This document shows, in pieces, positions 50,620 through 60,481 of a DNA stretch of 64,000 nt (position 1 is the stretch's first letter; each line of letters begins with the position of its first letter). Under the pieces are notes generated by a model. It was not told where the DNA came from. It ran no database searches and saw only the letters and a list, made by a program, of their open reading frames with translations. Both the position numbers and the translations under genes were made by a program. The stretch is from a bacterium (GTDB lineage: Bacteria; UBA8248), in assembly GCA_965203325.1 (NCBI GenBank), contig OZ241875.1:2336001-2400000 (forward strand), given 5' to 3'.

Positions 50620-50986
50620 CCCTTCCGGGAACATCACACTATGGCGAGATGACAACGTTTACCCGTGTCCGATTATTTTATACGTCTCCAAAGTCCGGCC
50701 CGCAACGACATGCGTCTGACCGATGCGAAGGCGGCGGCCGCACGAACATGGCCGCCCATCCTCCGCCTCCGGCCGGCAGATTCGCAAGTGCGGGCGCGCG
50801 CAAAGGCGTGAGCCTGTCGACGGGGACGGTGCGCGGCGGCGCGCCCGCCGATGAGGTTCTGGCGTATCTGCGCGCGGTGACGACCAACAAGCCGGCCAAT
50901 ACGGTCGGGTTCGGGACGCTTCGCGACCAGCCGGGGGACCGGAGTGCTGCCGCGCAACTGGCCGAGCGAGCTTGCCTGCTTTCGAT

Positions 50987-53296
50987 TCATCGAACACTCG
51001 GGGCCTTTTCGGGAACCCGGGCACGGACCGCGGTCCGCTCCGGGACGGCACGCCGGCATGGGCGGGAGCACGCTTCTCCGCGCCCTTCGAACAGGGCCGG
51101 CCCTCGCCCCAAATCCTCCAGCAACTCCACGATCCGGGCGGCGGCGGGCTCGGCGAACATGGATCCGTGTCCGCCCTCCACGGCGAGGACCTCCGCGCCT
51201 CTGGATTCGAGGAAAGCGACCTCCTCGCCGGTCAGCCGGCCGATCGCCTGATCCATCGTGCCGTAGGCGTAGATGACCTTCGAGAGGTCCTTACTCGCAA
51301 GAAGACGGGTGTAGCGGTGTTTCCCGAGCGCACCCTGGAACGCCGCCTGCATCCGGAGCCACCTCGGCAGCATGCCGTTCCTGAGGGGCGCGTCCGGATC
51401 GTCTGCCAGATCGAGCCGGGTGAGCGTCGTGCCGCCCTCGTAGTAATAGGCGACGGTGCTCCCGTCGTGAAGCTTGCTCAGCCGGTTCTCGTACATCTTG
51501 CGCTCGATGTCGAGCCGGCCCGCCATGATCACGTAGCGGTCCGCCGCGCCCGGTCCCTTGAGCGCCAGATAGCGCGGCACGATGAAGGACCCGAAGGAGT
51601 GGCTGAACACCACCACCCGCTTGCCCCGGGCCTTGAAGTGCCGAATCACCCGGTCGAGGATCTCGACGCTGACGTCCATCTCCGCCTGGACCCGCGCGAC
51701 GCTGTCGAGCCTCGCGTCGTCGATCAGCCCGGGGTTCAGGGTCTGCACCTGGTGCACGTTGACCAGGATCCGCTTCTCGTGGCCGGGGAACTCCGTCAGG
51801 TCCGATCCGGAGTCCAGCTCGGTGACGGGGCCTCCCTGCGAGAACAGCCAGACGGTGTCCGCGTCGGGGTCGCCGCCCGTCACCGTATCGTAGAGCCGCG
51901 TCACGTCCTCGGGAAGCGAGGTGAGCGGAACGAGCCTCGGGACGGCGGCCTGCCGTACCGCGACGATCTTCTCGCGCTCGACGAGGGCGAGGAGGTCGGG
52001 CTTCCCCTCCCCGGCGCAACGCCCGGCCGCCGCCCCGAGGCGGAAGGTCAGGCCGAGACGCGCCGCCGTCTCGCCGCGGCGGGTGTCGCGCTCGATGTCG
52101 AGCCCGAGCCGTGCGCAGCCGAGCCGGTAGCTTGCACCGACCGCCAACCGCCAGCCGTTCCCGGCGCCGGAGCCCTCGCCTCGCCAACCGCCGCGGCCGG
52201 TCTCGCGGAATGCCCTTCCACTCAGCGTCCATCGGTCGTCGAGGGCCAGGCGGTAGCGCAGTTCGGGGCCGCCCACGGCGTATTCGGTCAGCCGCGCCTG
52301 GCCGGACTCCCACCCGCGCCGCCCGGTAAGGGGGATGTAGTAGTTGGCCCCGATCCGGCTTCTTCCGATCTGGTAGTCCGCGCCGAGGCTCGCCTGCCGG
52401 TGCGTCCTGTCGCGGCCGGAGCCGGAGATCCGGTTCAGGTCGTGGAACGCGTTGAGCCCGACGATGCCGCCGCCGGCCTCGAACCGGAATACGATCCCGA
52501 GCGAGGCGCCGTGGAGGGCGCGCCCGTCCGGCCCTTGCGAGAGCACCGCACCGGGCTGGAGGAACAGTGCGCTGTTGCGCCGGCTCTCCAGCCCAATCGG
52601 GAATGCCGCGTCGAACTCGATTCGGCCGGCGCCGCCGCGCTCCCGCGTTTCGCCGTCGGCCGCGATCTCGTAATACGACCGTTTTCCCCCGTCCGCCGCC
52701 CGGACCGCTTCGCCGGCAGAGGCGACGGCGACGGCGAAAAGCGCCATAGAGGTGTCTGGTATGTTGAACTCCACGTCGTGACGGGCGCCGGCTTCGCTGA
52801 GCCGCCTGACTCGCGCGGCGTTCACGTCCGCGGCCGCGATAACGTGGCCGAGCGCAGTGGACGGATTGCTCGGAGCGGTATCGACGATATCGTTCAAACC
52901 ACCCCGGATGGTATAGAGCGCGTTCGGGTCGAAGCTGCCACCGCCTGCGGCGAGGTGCATTTCGATCTGCTCCGTCAACGTCGGCGCGGCATCCTGGTTG
53001 CAGGAGGTGGCCGGGTTCATGCACGCCCCGGCGAAGGCGTAGTTCGTCCCGCCCGCGAGCGAGTACGCGCCCGATGCGCCATAAGCCTCTGCGACGATCT
53101 CAGCCCGGACGGGGTCCGGGTTCGTGGTGAAGCCGGTGCCGGGGGGAAGCGGAAGCCCTGGTCCTGCGGCCGCGTTGCCCGAATCGTCCAGGCTGTCGCC
53201 GAACACGACGACATTGCTGAAACTCTGCGCCCATGCGCTCCCGGCGAGTCCCAGTACGAGAAGAAAGACGCCAATCAGACGAAGATGACGAAGCAT
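50987..53296 (-). CDS. Chimeric secreted protein: partial SGNH/GDSL esterase + inverse-autotransporter-like beta domain + alpha/beta hydrolase
   Basis: Signal peptide; VFGDSLDDSGN and GTNYAFAGA; GLNAFHD...QASLGAD...ANYYIPL; QGGP, SHSFG, GGH. Confidence 0.65.
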   Translation of the reverse strand: MLRHLRLIGVFLLVLGLAGSAWAQSFSNVVVFGDSLDDSGNAAAGPGLPLPPGTGFTTNPDPVRAEIVAEAYGASGAYSLAGGTNYAFAGACMNPATSCNQDAAPTLTEQIEMHLAAGGGSFDPNALYTIRGGLNDIVDTAPSNPSTALGHVIAAADVNAARVRRLSEAGARHDVEFNIPDTSMALFAVAVASAGEAVRAADGGKRSYYEIAADGETRERGGAGRIEFDAAFPIGLESRRNSALFLQPGAVLSQGPDGRALHGASLGIVFRFEAGGGIVGLNAFHDLNRISGSGRDRTHRQASLGADYQIGRSRIGANYYIPLTGRRGWESGQARLTEYAVGGPELRYRLALDDRWTLSGRAFRETGRGGWRGEGSGAGNGWRLAVGASYRLGCARLGLDIERDTRRGETAARLGLTFRLGAAAGRCAGEGKPDLLALVEREKIVAVRQAAVPRLVPLTSLPEDVTRLYDTVTGGDPDADTVWLFSQGGPVTELDSGSDLTEFPGHEKRILVNVHQVQTLNPGLIDDARLDSVARVQAEMDVSVEILDRVIRHFKARGKRVVVFSHSFGSFIVPRYLALKGPGAADRYVIMAGRLDIERKMYENRLSKLHDGSTVAYYYEGGTTLTRLDLADDPDAPLRNGMLPRWLRMQAAFQGALGKHRYTRLLASKDLSKVIYAYGTMDQAIGRLTGEEVAFLESRGAEVLAVEGGHGSMFAEPAAARIVELLEDLGRGPALFEGRGEACSRPCRRAVPERTAVRARVPEKAPSVR

Positions 53297-53316
53297 GGAG
53301 AGGATTCCTTTATATG

Positions 53317-53370
53317 ACGAACCCCATCGAGTCGACCTTCGCCCCGATCCGGCTGCGAACGGCGAAGACG
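53317..53370 (+). pseudogene. Short IS256-family transposase remnant
   Basis: TNPIESTFAPIRLRTAKT matches the conserved IS256 C-terminal E motif. Confidence 0.5.
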
Positions 53371-53394
53371 GACCGTGGCGAAGGACGCCCCGGG

Positions 53395-53487
53395 TTCCGT
53401 TTCTCCCTGCGAGCGGCAACCCGGCAGACCCTGTACCCGCACGCTGCAACCTTCCCCGGAACAGTGAAGAACGATCTCGTACTTCAT
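53395..53487 (-). pseudogene. Truncated HicB-like antitoxin
   Basis: MKYEIVLH.S.EG.SV.V.GLPGC.SQGETE, then similarity is lost; GGAAGGAGG upstream. Confidence 0.6.
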
Positions 53488-53607
53488 GGTGCGCGCCTCC
53501 TTCCCTGGACCCCTGGGGTACCGGGCCGCCGGGCATTCGACCTTTCCTGGTCCGGTTTTTCAAAGATGGCTTCAAGAACAAGAATCCGGGCATGGCGCGT
53601 CGACGGC

Positions 53608-56040
53608 TCAGAACGCCCGCCGCCAGCCGGCGAGAAAGGTGAGCCTCGGTCCGGCGGCGCCGCTGTGGCCGGGGTTCCGGCTCCAGACGACGCCGAGGCG
53701 GAGCCGCCCTTCTGCCAGCGGCCTCTCCCAGGTGGCGGCCAGATCGATCTGGCGCTCATCGGGCGCGAGGGGCGAGGCGAGCGATGCGTGCAGCACCCTG
53801 CCGTACCTGGTTCGCGCCACCGGAAGCGTCAGCGACGCCCGGCCGTCCTCGACGCGCAGCGGCTGCGCCAGGGAGAAGCGCACGGTGTCCTTATCGGTAA
53901 CGGCGGCGCGCGCGTGCAGGGCGAACGCGCTGGTCGTCATCGGCGAGACCTCCTTGATGAGCCCGCCCCGCGCTTTCGGACGGGCGCGCCCCCATTCCGC
54001 GCCTGCCCCGAGCCGCCACGCGCCGAGCTTCACGTCTCCCTCGAGGCGGATGAAGGCGGTATCCGCCGCCAGGGCTCCGAAAGCGCCCCGGCCTTCGCCT
54101 CCGAGAATGGTCTCATCCTCTCCAATCCAGCCGAGGCGAAGTCCGAGAGGAGAACCTTCAGGCCGCCAGCCCAGCGCGCCGCCCACCGCGTCGTAATCCT
54201 GGTGGGAGCCAAAAACGGAGGCGGAAAAACCCGCCTGGTTCGTGAAGGTCGCCATCATCCCGCCTTCGGCAAGTGAGAGGTGTCCCCCGTCCACTTCCGA
54301 GGAAGTCTCGCGGACCCACACCCCGGGCTTTCGGGATCCGCCGAGGGGATCCGCCAGGAAGCCCCGTACCCTCGTGTCCACTCCCGGACCCTTCGCCGTC
54401 GCCACGAGATCGCCCAGCATGTACCAGAACGGCGCGCCCAGCTCGTCCAGTGCCATGATTTCACGGTTCGCGACAGAGCGCGCGAGTCCGTCCCCGAGCG
54501 GGGCCCCGAGACGCAGGCGCGTCGCGTGCAGGCTGTTCCCGGCCCGGTTCGTGTTCGTGCCGAGGGGAACATCCAGGACGCCCACCGGGTGCGTGGCGGC
54601 GGCGAGGTCGAGCTTGCCCCGGCCGTAGACGGCTCTGTCCGAGTAGACGCCGGTATCGTCGGCGGTCTCGAAGAGGCGGGTGACCAGTTCGGTGTTCGAG
54701 AGCTGATCCCGGAAGAGTTGTTTCATGATCGCGAGCCCGCCGGCCACGAACGGCGCGGCGACGGACGTGCCGCTTTCGTTCGGGACGATGCCTCGAACCG
54801 TCCTGGTGTCGTCGTCGGGGTCGGGCCCGAAATAGGCGCCGCGAACGTCCTGGCCTGGCGCCGCAATGCAATAGTCCGCCGCGATGCCGCAGCGGTTGGA
54901 AAAATCGGCGATCCTCTCATCGCCGGGTCCCAGCGCCACGACGGCGACGGTATGTCCCCTGAGTTCCGCGATGCGCGCGGCAAGGCCCGGAAAGACCTCG
55001 ACCGAAACCGCGTCGATCCCGTCGCTGTGGCAATCGGGGGTCGGCGGTTCGCAGACGGCGGCGCCCTGGCCGTGGGCGTTGCCCGCCGCCCAGACGAGGA
55101 TGGTCTTTTCGCCGGCGCCCGCCTGCGCCATGGCGGCGATGGCGCTGTCGAAGTTCTGGCGGAGCTGCTGCTCGGTGTAGTCGTCGATGATGCCGTTGGC
55201 GCCGAAGCTGAGGTTCAGGATGTCAACTTTCCGGGCGCCGTCCCGCCAACCCAGAACGGTGTCGAGATACAACGCCATTCGATCGTCGTAGCCGTCCAGT
55301 TCGGCGAGGGACACCGGGATGTAGCCGTCACCGACGGCAGGAAACGGGATGGCGAACATGGCGATGCCGGCGCCCGGCGCAACGCCCTGCGGGGAGGTGG
55401 AATCGGAGGGCGCGTGAACGCCGGCGGCGACGCTCGCGACGGCCGTGCCGTGGGAATACCCTGCAGCACCCGTCTCGTCCGCCGCGCCGCTCAGGAACAC
55501 TTCGGTAACCGTCTTGCCCGCGAACATCGGATGTGACGTGTCGATGCCGCTGTCCATGAAGCCGATGGTCACTCCGGCGCCGGGCTCGACGTTTTCACCT
55601 TTGAGCAGGTTCACGTGGGCGTAGGCCGAATCCGCGCCGATGGTCCCCAGACCCCACTGGTTCCTGAAGGGACCCTCCAGGCGGTATCCCCCGGCGAGCC
55701 GCTGCGCCTCGATATTGAAATCACCGATTGAGGCGCAAGTCCCGTCGTGAAGCGGGATGCATCCCTGCGTAGGCTGAGGCGGCGGTGCGGTGCAGTTCGG
55801 AGGCGTCCCGACCTGCCCGATCGGACAGGCCAGCGGCTGAGGCGGCGGTGCGGTGCAGTTCGGGGGTGTCCCGACCTGCCCGAGCGGACAGGCCAGCGGC
55901 TGCAATCTGGCCCTTCCGCCCCCGCCGCCGCAGTTCGTGAGGACGAACGTCATGCAAATGACAATCGCGCAAATCAGGGCCCGGTTCGGCGTGAACGCGG
56001 CTTTGGAGCCGTTTGCGCTCCCGGTTCGGTCGCACATCAC
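53608..56040 (-). CDS. S8 subtilase, lipoprotein-like N-terminus, C-terminal beta domain (autotransporter-like)
   Basis: LTNC-GGGG; DSG, HGTAVA and GTSVAAP triad; YGRGKLD; terminal aromatic residue. Confidence 0.88.
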   Translation of the reverse strand: MMCDRTGSANGSKAAFTPNRALICAIVICMTFVLTNCGGGGGRARLQPLACPLGQVGTPPNCTAPPPQPLACPIGQVGTPPNCTAPPPQPTQGCIPLHDGTCASIGDFNIEAQRLAGGYRLEGPFRNQWGLGTIGADSAYAHVNLLKGENVEPGAGVTIGFMDSGIDTSHPMFAGKTVTEVFLSGAADETGAAGYSHGTAVASVAAGVHAPSDSTSPQGVAPGAGIAMFAIPFPAVGDGYIPVSLAELDGYDDRMALYLDTVLGWRDGARKVDILNLSFGANGIIDDYTEQQLRQNFDSAIAAMAQAGAGEKTILVWAAGNAHGQGAAVCEPPTPDCHSDGIDAVSVEVFPGLAARIAELRGHTVAVVALGPGDERIADFSNRCGIAADYCIAAPGQDVRGAYFGPDPDDDTRTVRGIVPNESGTSVAAPFVAGGLAIMKQLFRDQLSNTELVTRLFETADDTGVYSDRAVYGRGKLDLAAATHPVGVLDVPLGTNTNRAGNSLHATRLRLGAPLGDGLARSVANREIMALDELGAPFWYMLGDLVATAKGPGVDTRVRGFLADPLGGSRKPGVWVRETSSEVDGGHLSLAEGGMMATFTNQAGFSASVFGSHQDYDAVGGALGWRPEGSPLGLRLGWIGEDETILGGEGRGAFGALAADTAFIRLEGDVKLGAWRLGAGAEWGRARPKARGGLIKEVSPMTTSAFALHARAAVTDKDTVRFSLAQPLRVEDGRASLTLPVARTRYGRVLHASLASPLAPDERQIDLAATWERPLAEGRLRLGVVWSRNPGHSGAAGPRLTFLAGWRRAF
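55772..55902 (-). repeat. 63-bp tandem repeat (2 copies) encoding QPLACP(L/I)GQVGTPPNCTAPPP
   Basis: Direct comparison of 55772 and 55835. Confidence 0.9.
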
Positions 56041-56532
56041 GGATTCGCCAAAAGCTTATTGCGTCCTGCCATTGCCATGCCCCCTTCTGGAAGGCTCAAC
56101 CATTCCTCCGGTCATCGTTCCGGCGGACTTCCCGCAACAGCAAAATTTTGTAGTGAAAACCTGGGAAGGATAACGCCGAATTGCGATAAACCCGGGGCGG
56201 GCTCCGCCTGGTGCGCCGGACGGCGCTGCGCGCTCTTGCCAGCCTCTTCGGATGACGGAATGTAGCGGATTCCGCCCACAGGCTGCAAGAGCCTGGGGGC
56301 TCTCTCCACGCGATTTCTCATTCGTGTTCCTCCCCTTCCTCTCCGGTGGCCGAAAAAAAGCGGGCAATAAGTCCGCCTGGTCCGCCGCCTTTCCGGGCAA
56401 TGCAAATCCACTCATTGGATACAGATTCATTATACAGAATCTGTATACCCTATGCGCATCTATTGCCTTCAGTATCATGTACATATTGTGTTTTATGGAA
56501 TTGTTGCCGTATTTTCCGGTCCGGGGGGAGCG

Positions 56533-56847
56533 ATGAACGGAAGCGACGAGGCGGGGCGCATCTCGCGTCTGTTCGCGGCGCTCGGGCGGATCACCGCAAG
56601 TCTGGAGCCTGAGACCGTGCTCACCGAGGTGGTCGAGGGCGCCCGCGCGCGCTCGGTGAATGCCGGGCGTGTGGTGACCCGCGACGCGCTGCTGCGCCGG
56701 GTCTGGTCTAGGCGCGAGGACGCCACCGTGCAGGCGGTGCGCAACTTCGTCAAGAAACTCCACCGGAAGCTCGGCGACGACCCCGCACAACCGGCCTTCA
56801 TCCACAACGTGCGCGGCGTCGGCTACAAAATGCCGAAAACCCGGTGA
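56533..56847 (+). pseudogene. Internally deleted regulator: GAF-sensor N-terminus fused to OmpR-type winged helix
   Basis: RITASLEPETVLTEVVEGARA joined to NAGRVVTRDALLRRVW...KLGDD...IHNVRGVGY. Confidence 0.65.
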
Positions 56848-57210
56848 GGCGTAGCGCGCCACGCCGGAGCGGCCCCGGTCTTCGACGACTCGCGCCCCCT
56901 GGGATGCTCTGGGGTTGTAATGAGTCCGCTTGCGGCTTGATTACATTTATTTCAATAAATTTATAACTAGCTTGAAAACAATAATTTAATTTTTATATTC
57001 TGGATATTTCGATAAAATTGGATAAATACCGATAAATTAACGGGGTATTTCTGTAAATTGTTTTCCCGAAAACGCCCCCGCCGCGGGCGCACTTACTCCC
57101 GCGACCAGGATGATTCGGAGTATAGGGGGTTTCCGGCGAAAGCCGCGACGGCAAATGCGCGCAGTTGCGGGCAGATGCGCGGGTCGTTCCACGGGGAACA
57201 CTCAGGAAGG

Positions 57211-58239
57211 CTATCCGAAGAACAGTTCCGCGGAATCGAAGAAGTCCTCCCTGAGCGTGTTCACCTTGCCGAGCACGTCCTCGAGCGGCACCGGGTTGAT
57301 GTCGCGCCCCTGCAGCGCGGCCATCACGCCCCAGGTTCCCTCGTGCGCGAGTTCGCTCGCCCGCACGCCCAGGCGCGTCGCCAGCACGCGATCGTATGGC
57401 ACGGGGGAGCCGCCGCGCTGGATGTGCCCCAGGATGACGGCGCGCGTATCCACGTTCATCCGGTCGCCGATCTCCTTGGCGAGGTATTCGCCGACGCCGC
57501 CGAGCTGCACGTGCCCGAACTCGTCCACCGTCTGGCTGCGTGTGATGTAGTCCTCGATGCCCTTGGGCTTTGCGCCCTCGGCCACGACCACGTTGGCGAA
57601 GTTGCGCCCGCGCGCGAATCGCGCCTTGAGCACCTCGACGACCTCTTCGATGTTGAAGGGCCGCTCGGGCACGAGGATGAGGTCCGCCCCCCCGGCGATG
57701 CCCGCGTAGGTGGCGAGCCAGCCCGAGTGGCGCCCCATGACTTCGAGGATGATGACGCGGTCGTGCGCCTCCGCCGTGGTGCGCAGGCGGTCGATGGCGT
57801 CGGTGATGACGCCGACGGCGGTGTGGAAGCCGAAGGAGTAGTCCGTGAGGCCGATGTCGTTGTCGATGGTCTTGGGCACGCTGATGACGTTGTAGCCCTC
57901 TTTGCTCAGGTAGGCGGCCACGCTCAGCGTGTCGTCCCCCCCGATGGCGATGAGGCCGTCGATTCGCGAGGCGCGCCAGTTCTCCTTGAATTTCTCGAGC
58001 ACGGCGGGGTCCTTCGTGGGGTTCGTCCGCGAGGAGCCCAGAATGGTGCCCCCCTTGTCGAGGATGCCGGAGATCATCGGGCCCGTGATCTCCACGAAAT
58101 CGCCGTCCACCAGGCCGCGCCAGCCCCGGCGGATTCCCAGCGTATGGCTGCCGCGATGGAAATTCGAGGCCGTCACCGCGCGGATGACCGCGTTCAGGCC
58201 GGGGCAGTCTCCGCCCCCCGTCAATACGCCTAGCTTCAT
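57211..58239 (-). CDS. pfkA: 6-phosphofructokinase (PfkA family)
   Basis: GGDCPGLN, GTILGSSR, IGGDDT, PKTIDND, EVMGR, LGHIQRGG. Confidence 0.95.
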   Translation of the reverse strand: MKLGVLTGGGDCPGLNAVIRAVTASNFHRGSHTLGIRRGWRGLVDGDFVEITGPMISGILDKGGTILGSSRTNPTKDPAVLEKFKENWRASRIDGLIAIGGDDTLSVAAYLSKEGYNVISVPKTIDNDIGLTDYSFGFHTAVGVITDAIDRLRTTAEAHDRVIILEVMGRHSGWLATYAGIAGGADLILVPERPFNIEEVVEVLKARFARGRNFANVVVAEGAKPKGIEDYITRSQTVDEFGHVQLGGVGEYLAKEIGDRMNVDTRAVILGHIQRGGSPVPYDRVLATRLGVRASELAHEGTWGVMAALQGRDINPVPLEDVLGKVNTLREDFFDSAELFFG

Positions 58240-58589
58240 ATCTTATACTTCCTTCTGCTGAGGTGGGGTTCATCTGTTTTTCGCACTGAAACCATTTTAT
58301 CACAGCCGGATTACGATTGGGTGTTGCGCGCGTTACGGTTGGATGAACGGCCCCGGCCGGTTCCCCTGATAACGCGATTCTACACGGATTCGCCGCGCGC
58401 GAAAGACGGATCTCCGGGCGGGGCCCGCGAAACAAAATTTGGCGGCTTGCGTCTTTCGTGCTAGGATTACCGTCAGTCGAAAAATGAAAATGTGTTGGAA
58501 GATTCTGGGTGGATTTTGCGCCAGAAGGGCCGTAGTCGGCCACTGATTGATACCGAGTGGTCGTTTCATCTCAACCGGAGGAGAGCATC

Positions 58590-59735
58590 ATGTCCAAGAA
58601 AGAGCTTCATGAGCATCCCGAAATCATCGTTCCCGAATCATCCGATCTCTCGCGCAGGAGCTTCATCCAGACCCTTGGGGTCGCCGGCGTCGCGGCCGCG
58701 GCGCCGATGGTGCTCACGACCAGAAAGGCGGACGCCGCGAAATGGCCCGCCCGCCCGATCACGGGGGTGGTGATGTACGCCGCCGGCGGCGGCACGGACA
58801 CCGTCATCCGCACCCTGTGCGGCGAGATGGCGCGCACCACCGGCTGGCCCGTCAACGTCATCAACCGTCCCGGCTCCGTGGGAGGCGTGGCCACCCGCTA
58901 CGTGCTCAACAAGGCGGCCGACGGCTATACCTGGCTGGGCGCCGGGAACTACAACAAGTTCGTCCGGCCGATGGGATACACGGATTCGGCGGCGTGGGTG
59001 GACTGGCAGCACTTCGCGGCGGCGGCTTCGCTCGCGAGCTGGTCGGTGCGGCCCGACTCGCCTTTCAAGACCTTCAACGACGTGGTCGCCGCGGCCAAGA
59101 AGAAATCCGGCAAGCTCACCATCTCGACTTCGGGCGTGGGCAGCATCTGGCACGAGGTGGGCGCCACCGTCGCGGACGCAGCGGGCATCGAATTGCGCTT
59201 CGTGCCGTATAAGGGCGGAAAACCCGCGACCGTCGCGGGCCTTCAGGGCGAGGTGGACATCGCAGGCGGCGGCGTGCACGAGCACGTCGAGTTCCTGCGC
59301 GCCGGCAAGCTGAGAAACCTCATGCACACGGGGCCGAAGGATCTGGACATTTCCAACTACGGGAAGGCTTACACCATCGCCAACTTCATACCCGCGCTCA
59401 AGGCCCTGTTGCCGATGGGCGGGATGTACAGCATCGCCCTGAGGCGGGAGACGCCCGTCGACGTGCTCAACAAGATCAAGCCGGTATGGGTCGCGGCCGC
59501 GAAATCGGATGCCTTCGGGAAGATCGCGACGCGCAAGTACTTCCAGATCGACGTCCGCGTGGGAGAAGCGGCCGATCGCCGGGCCGCGCAGCTCGAGTGC
59601 CTGAGCGCAGCGACGCTGCTCAAGCTGCAGAAGCATATCGGCAAAAAGGTGCGCGGACCCAAGGAACTCGGGCTTCCCGAACCGAAGGATTTCGACGCCT
59701 GGTGGCCGCCGAAGGGCTACAAGCCTCGCATTTGA
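58590..59735 (+). CDS. Tripartite tricarboxylate transporter substrate-binding protein (TctC/Bug) with Tat signal
   Basis: SRRSFI twin-arginine motif; YAAGGGTD, DGYT, VPYKGG. Confidence 0.9.
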   Translation: MSKKELHEHPEIIVPESSDLSRRSFIQTLGVAGVAAAAPMVLTTRKADAAKWPARPITGVVMYAAGGGTDTVIRTLCGEMARTTGWPVNVINRPGSVGGVATRYVLNKAADGYTWLGAGNYNKFVRPMGYTDSAAWVDWQHFAAAASLASWSVRPDSPFKTFNDVVAAAKKKSGKLTISTSGVGSIWHEVGATVADAAGIELRFVPYKGGKPATVAGLQGEVDIAGGGVHEHVEFLRAGKLRNLMHTGPKDLDISNYGKAYTIANFIPALKALLPMGGMYSIALRRETPVDVLNKIKPVWVAAAKSDAFGKIATRKYFQIDVRVGEAADRRAAQLECLSAATLLKLQKHIGKKVRGPKELGLPEPKDFDAWWPPKGYKPRI

Positions 59736-59845
59736 GCCAAACGGCTCATCGCGCAATGCCTGCCTCGAGCGGGCCGCCTTGGAGACGAAGCGGCCTGCTC
59801 GGGGAGGCCGTATTCATTGATTTTGTTCTATGCAGAGAGAGTTGC

Positions 59846-60478
59846 ATGGTTTCCTCGAACGACGATGACCGCAAGGCGCATTCGCCCGCGGATGAACCCG
59901 AAGACTCCGCCGCCTCGCAACTGCTTTCCGAGGAGGGGGGGGACGCCGCCACGCCGGGCAGGGATCTCGCGGCGGCGAGCGTCGTGGGCGTCGTCGCTAT
60001 CCTCGCCGTCATCCTCGGGCTGCTCATGCCCAACCCCGAGAAGAACATCTTCACCGCGCCGGGCTTCATGCCCATTCTCACGGGCCTGAGCCTGCTGGCC
60101 ATGGCCATCGGACTGGGAGCGGGCGCGCTCAAACGGGGCGGCGGTTCGGAGCTGAACCTCTCGCCCGCTGAATTGCTGGGCAGATATTTCGCCGACTATG
60201 AGAACCAGTGGGCGCTCATCCTGATGGGCCTGGTGGTTGTATATATAGTGCTCCTCGACTGGGTGACCTTCGTCATCACGGTTCCGCTGGTGATAGGAGG
60301 CTTCCGGCTCGGCTTCAGCAGCTTCGAGGCCGTCACCATACCCATGCTGGCCATCGCCCTGCGCATCTTCTGGCCGAAGTCCTTTCTGCAGTGTCTCGTC
60401 GTCTCCGCGATTTCAACGCTCGTTCTGGCCGCCGCGTTTCGCTACGGCTTCCGCATTCCGCTGCCGGGTTCGGGGTAG
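59846..60478 (+). CDS. TTT small membrane subunit (TctB-like)
   Basis: Hydrophobic helices, APGFMP, FRIPLP end; between TctC- and TctA-like genes. Confidence 0.8.
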   Translation: MVSSNDDDRKAHSPADEPEDSAASQLLSEEGGDAATPGRDLAAASVVGVVAILAVILGLLMPNPEKNIFTAPGFMPILTGLSLLAMAIGLGAGALKRGGGSELNLSPAELLGRYFADYENQWALILMGLVVVYIVLLDWVTFVITVPLVIGGFRLGFSSFEAVTIPMLAIALRIFWPKSFLQCLVVSAISTLVLAAAFRYGFRIPLPGSG

Positions 60479-60481
60479 GCC

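Larger units (their letters stand above)
44170..57060. mobile_element. Decaying genomic island (boundaries approximate)
   Basis: Integrase, second integrase remnant, excisionase-like HTH, HicB and IS256 fragments, several pseudogenes, AT-rich edges; no att repeat found. Confidence 0.6.

Noticed and set aside
44170..57060. att direct repeats or a duplicated tRNA-Ser 3' end bounding the island
   Set aside because: None found by eye; only a 9-nt TTGATTACA match near both edges, compatible with chance
58240..58580. Riboswitch between pfkA and the TTT operon
   Set aside because: No conserved aptamer motif recognised
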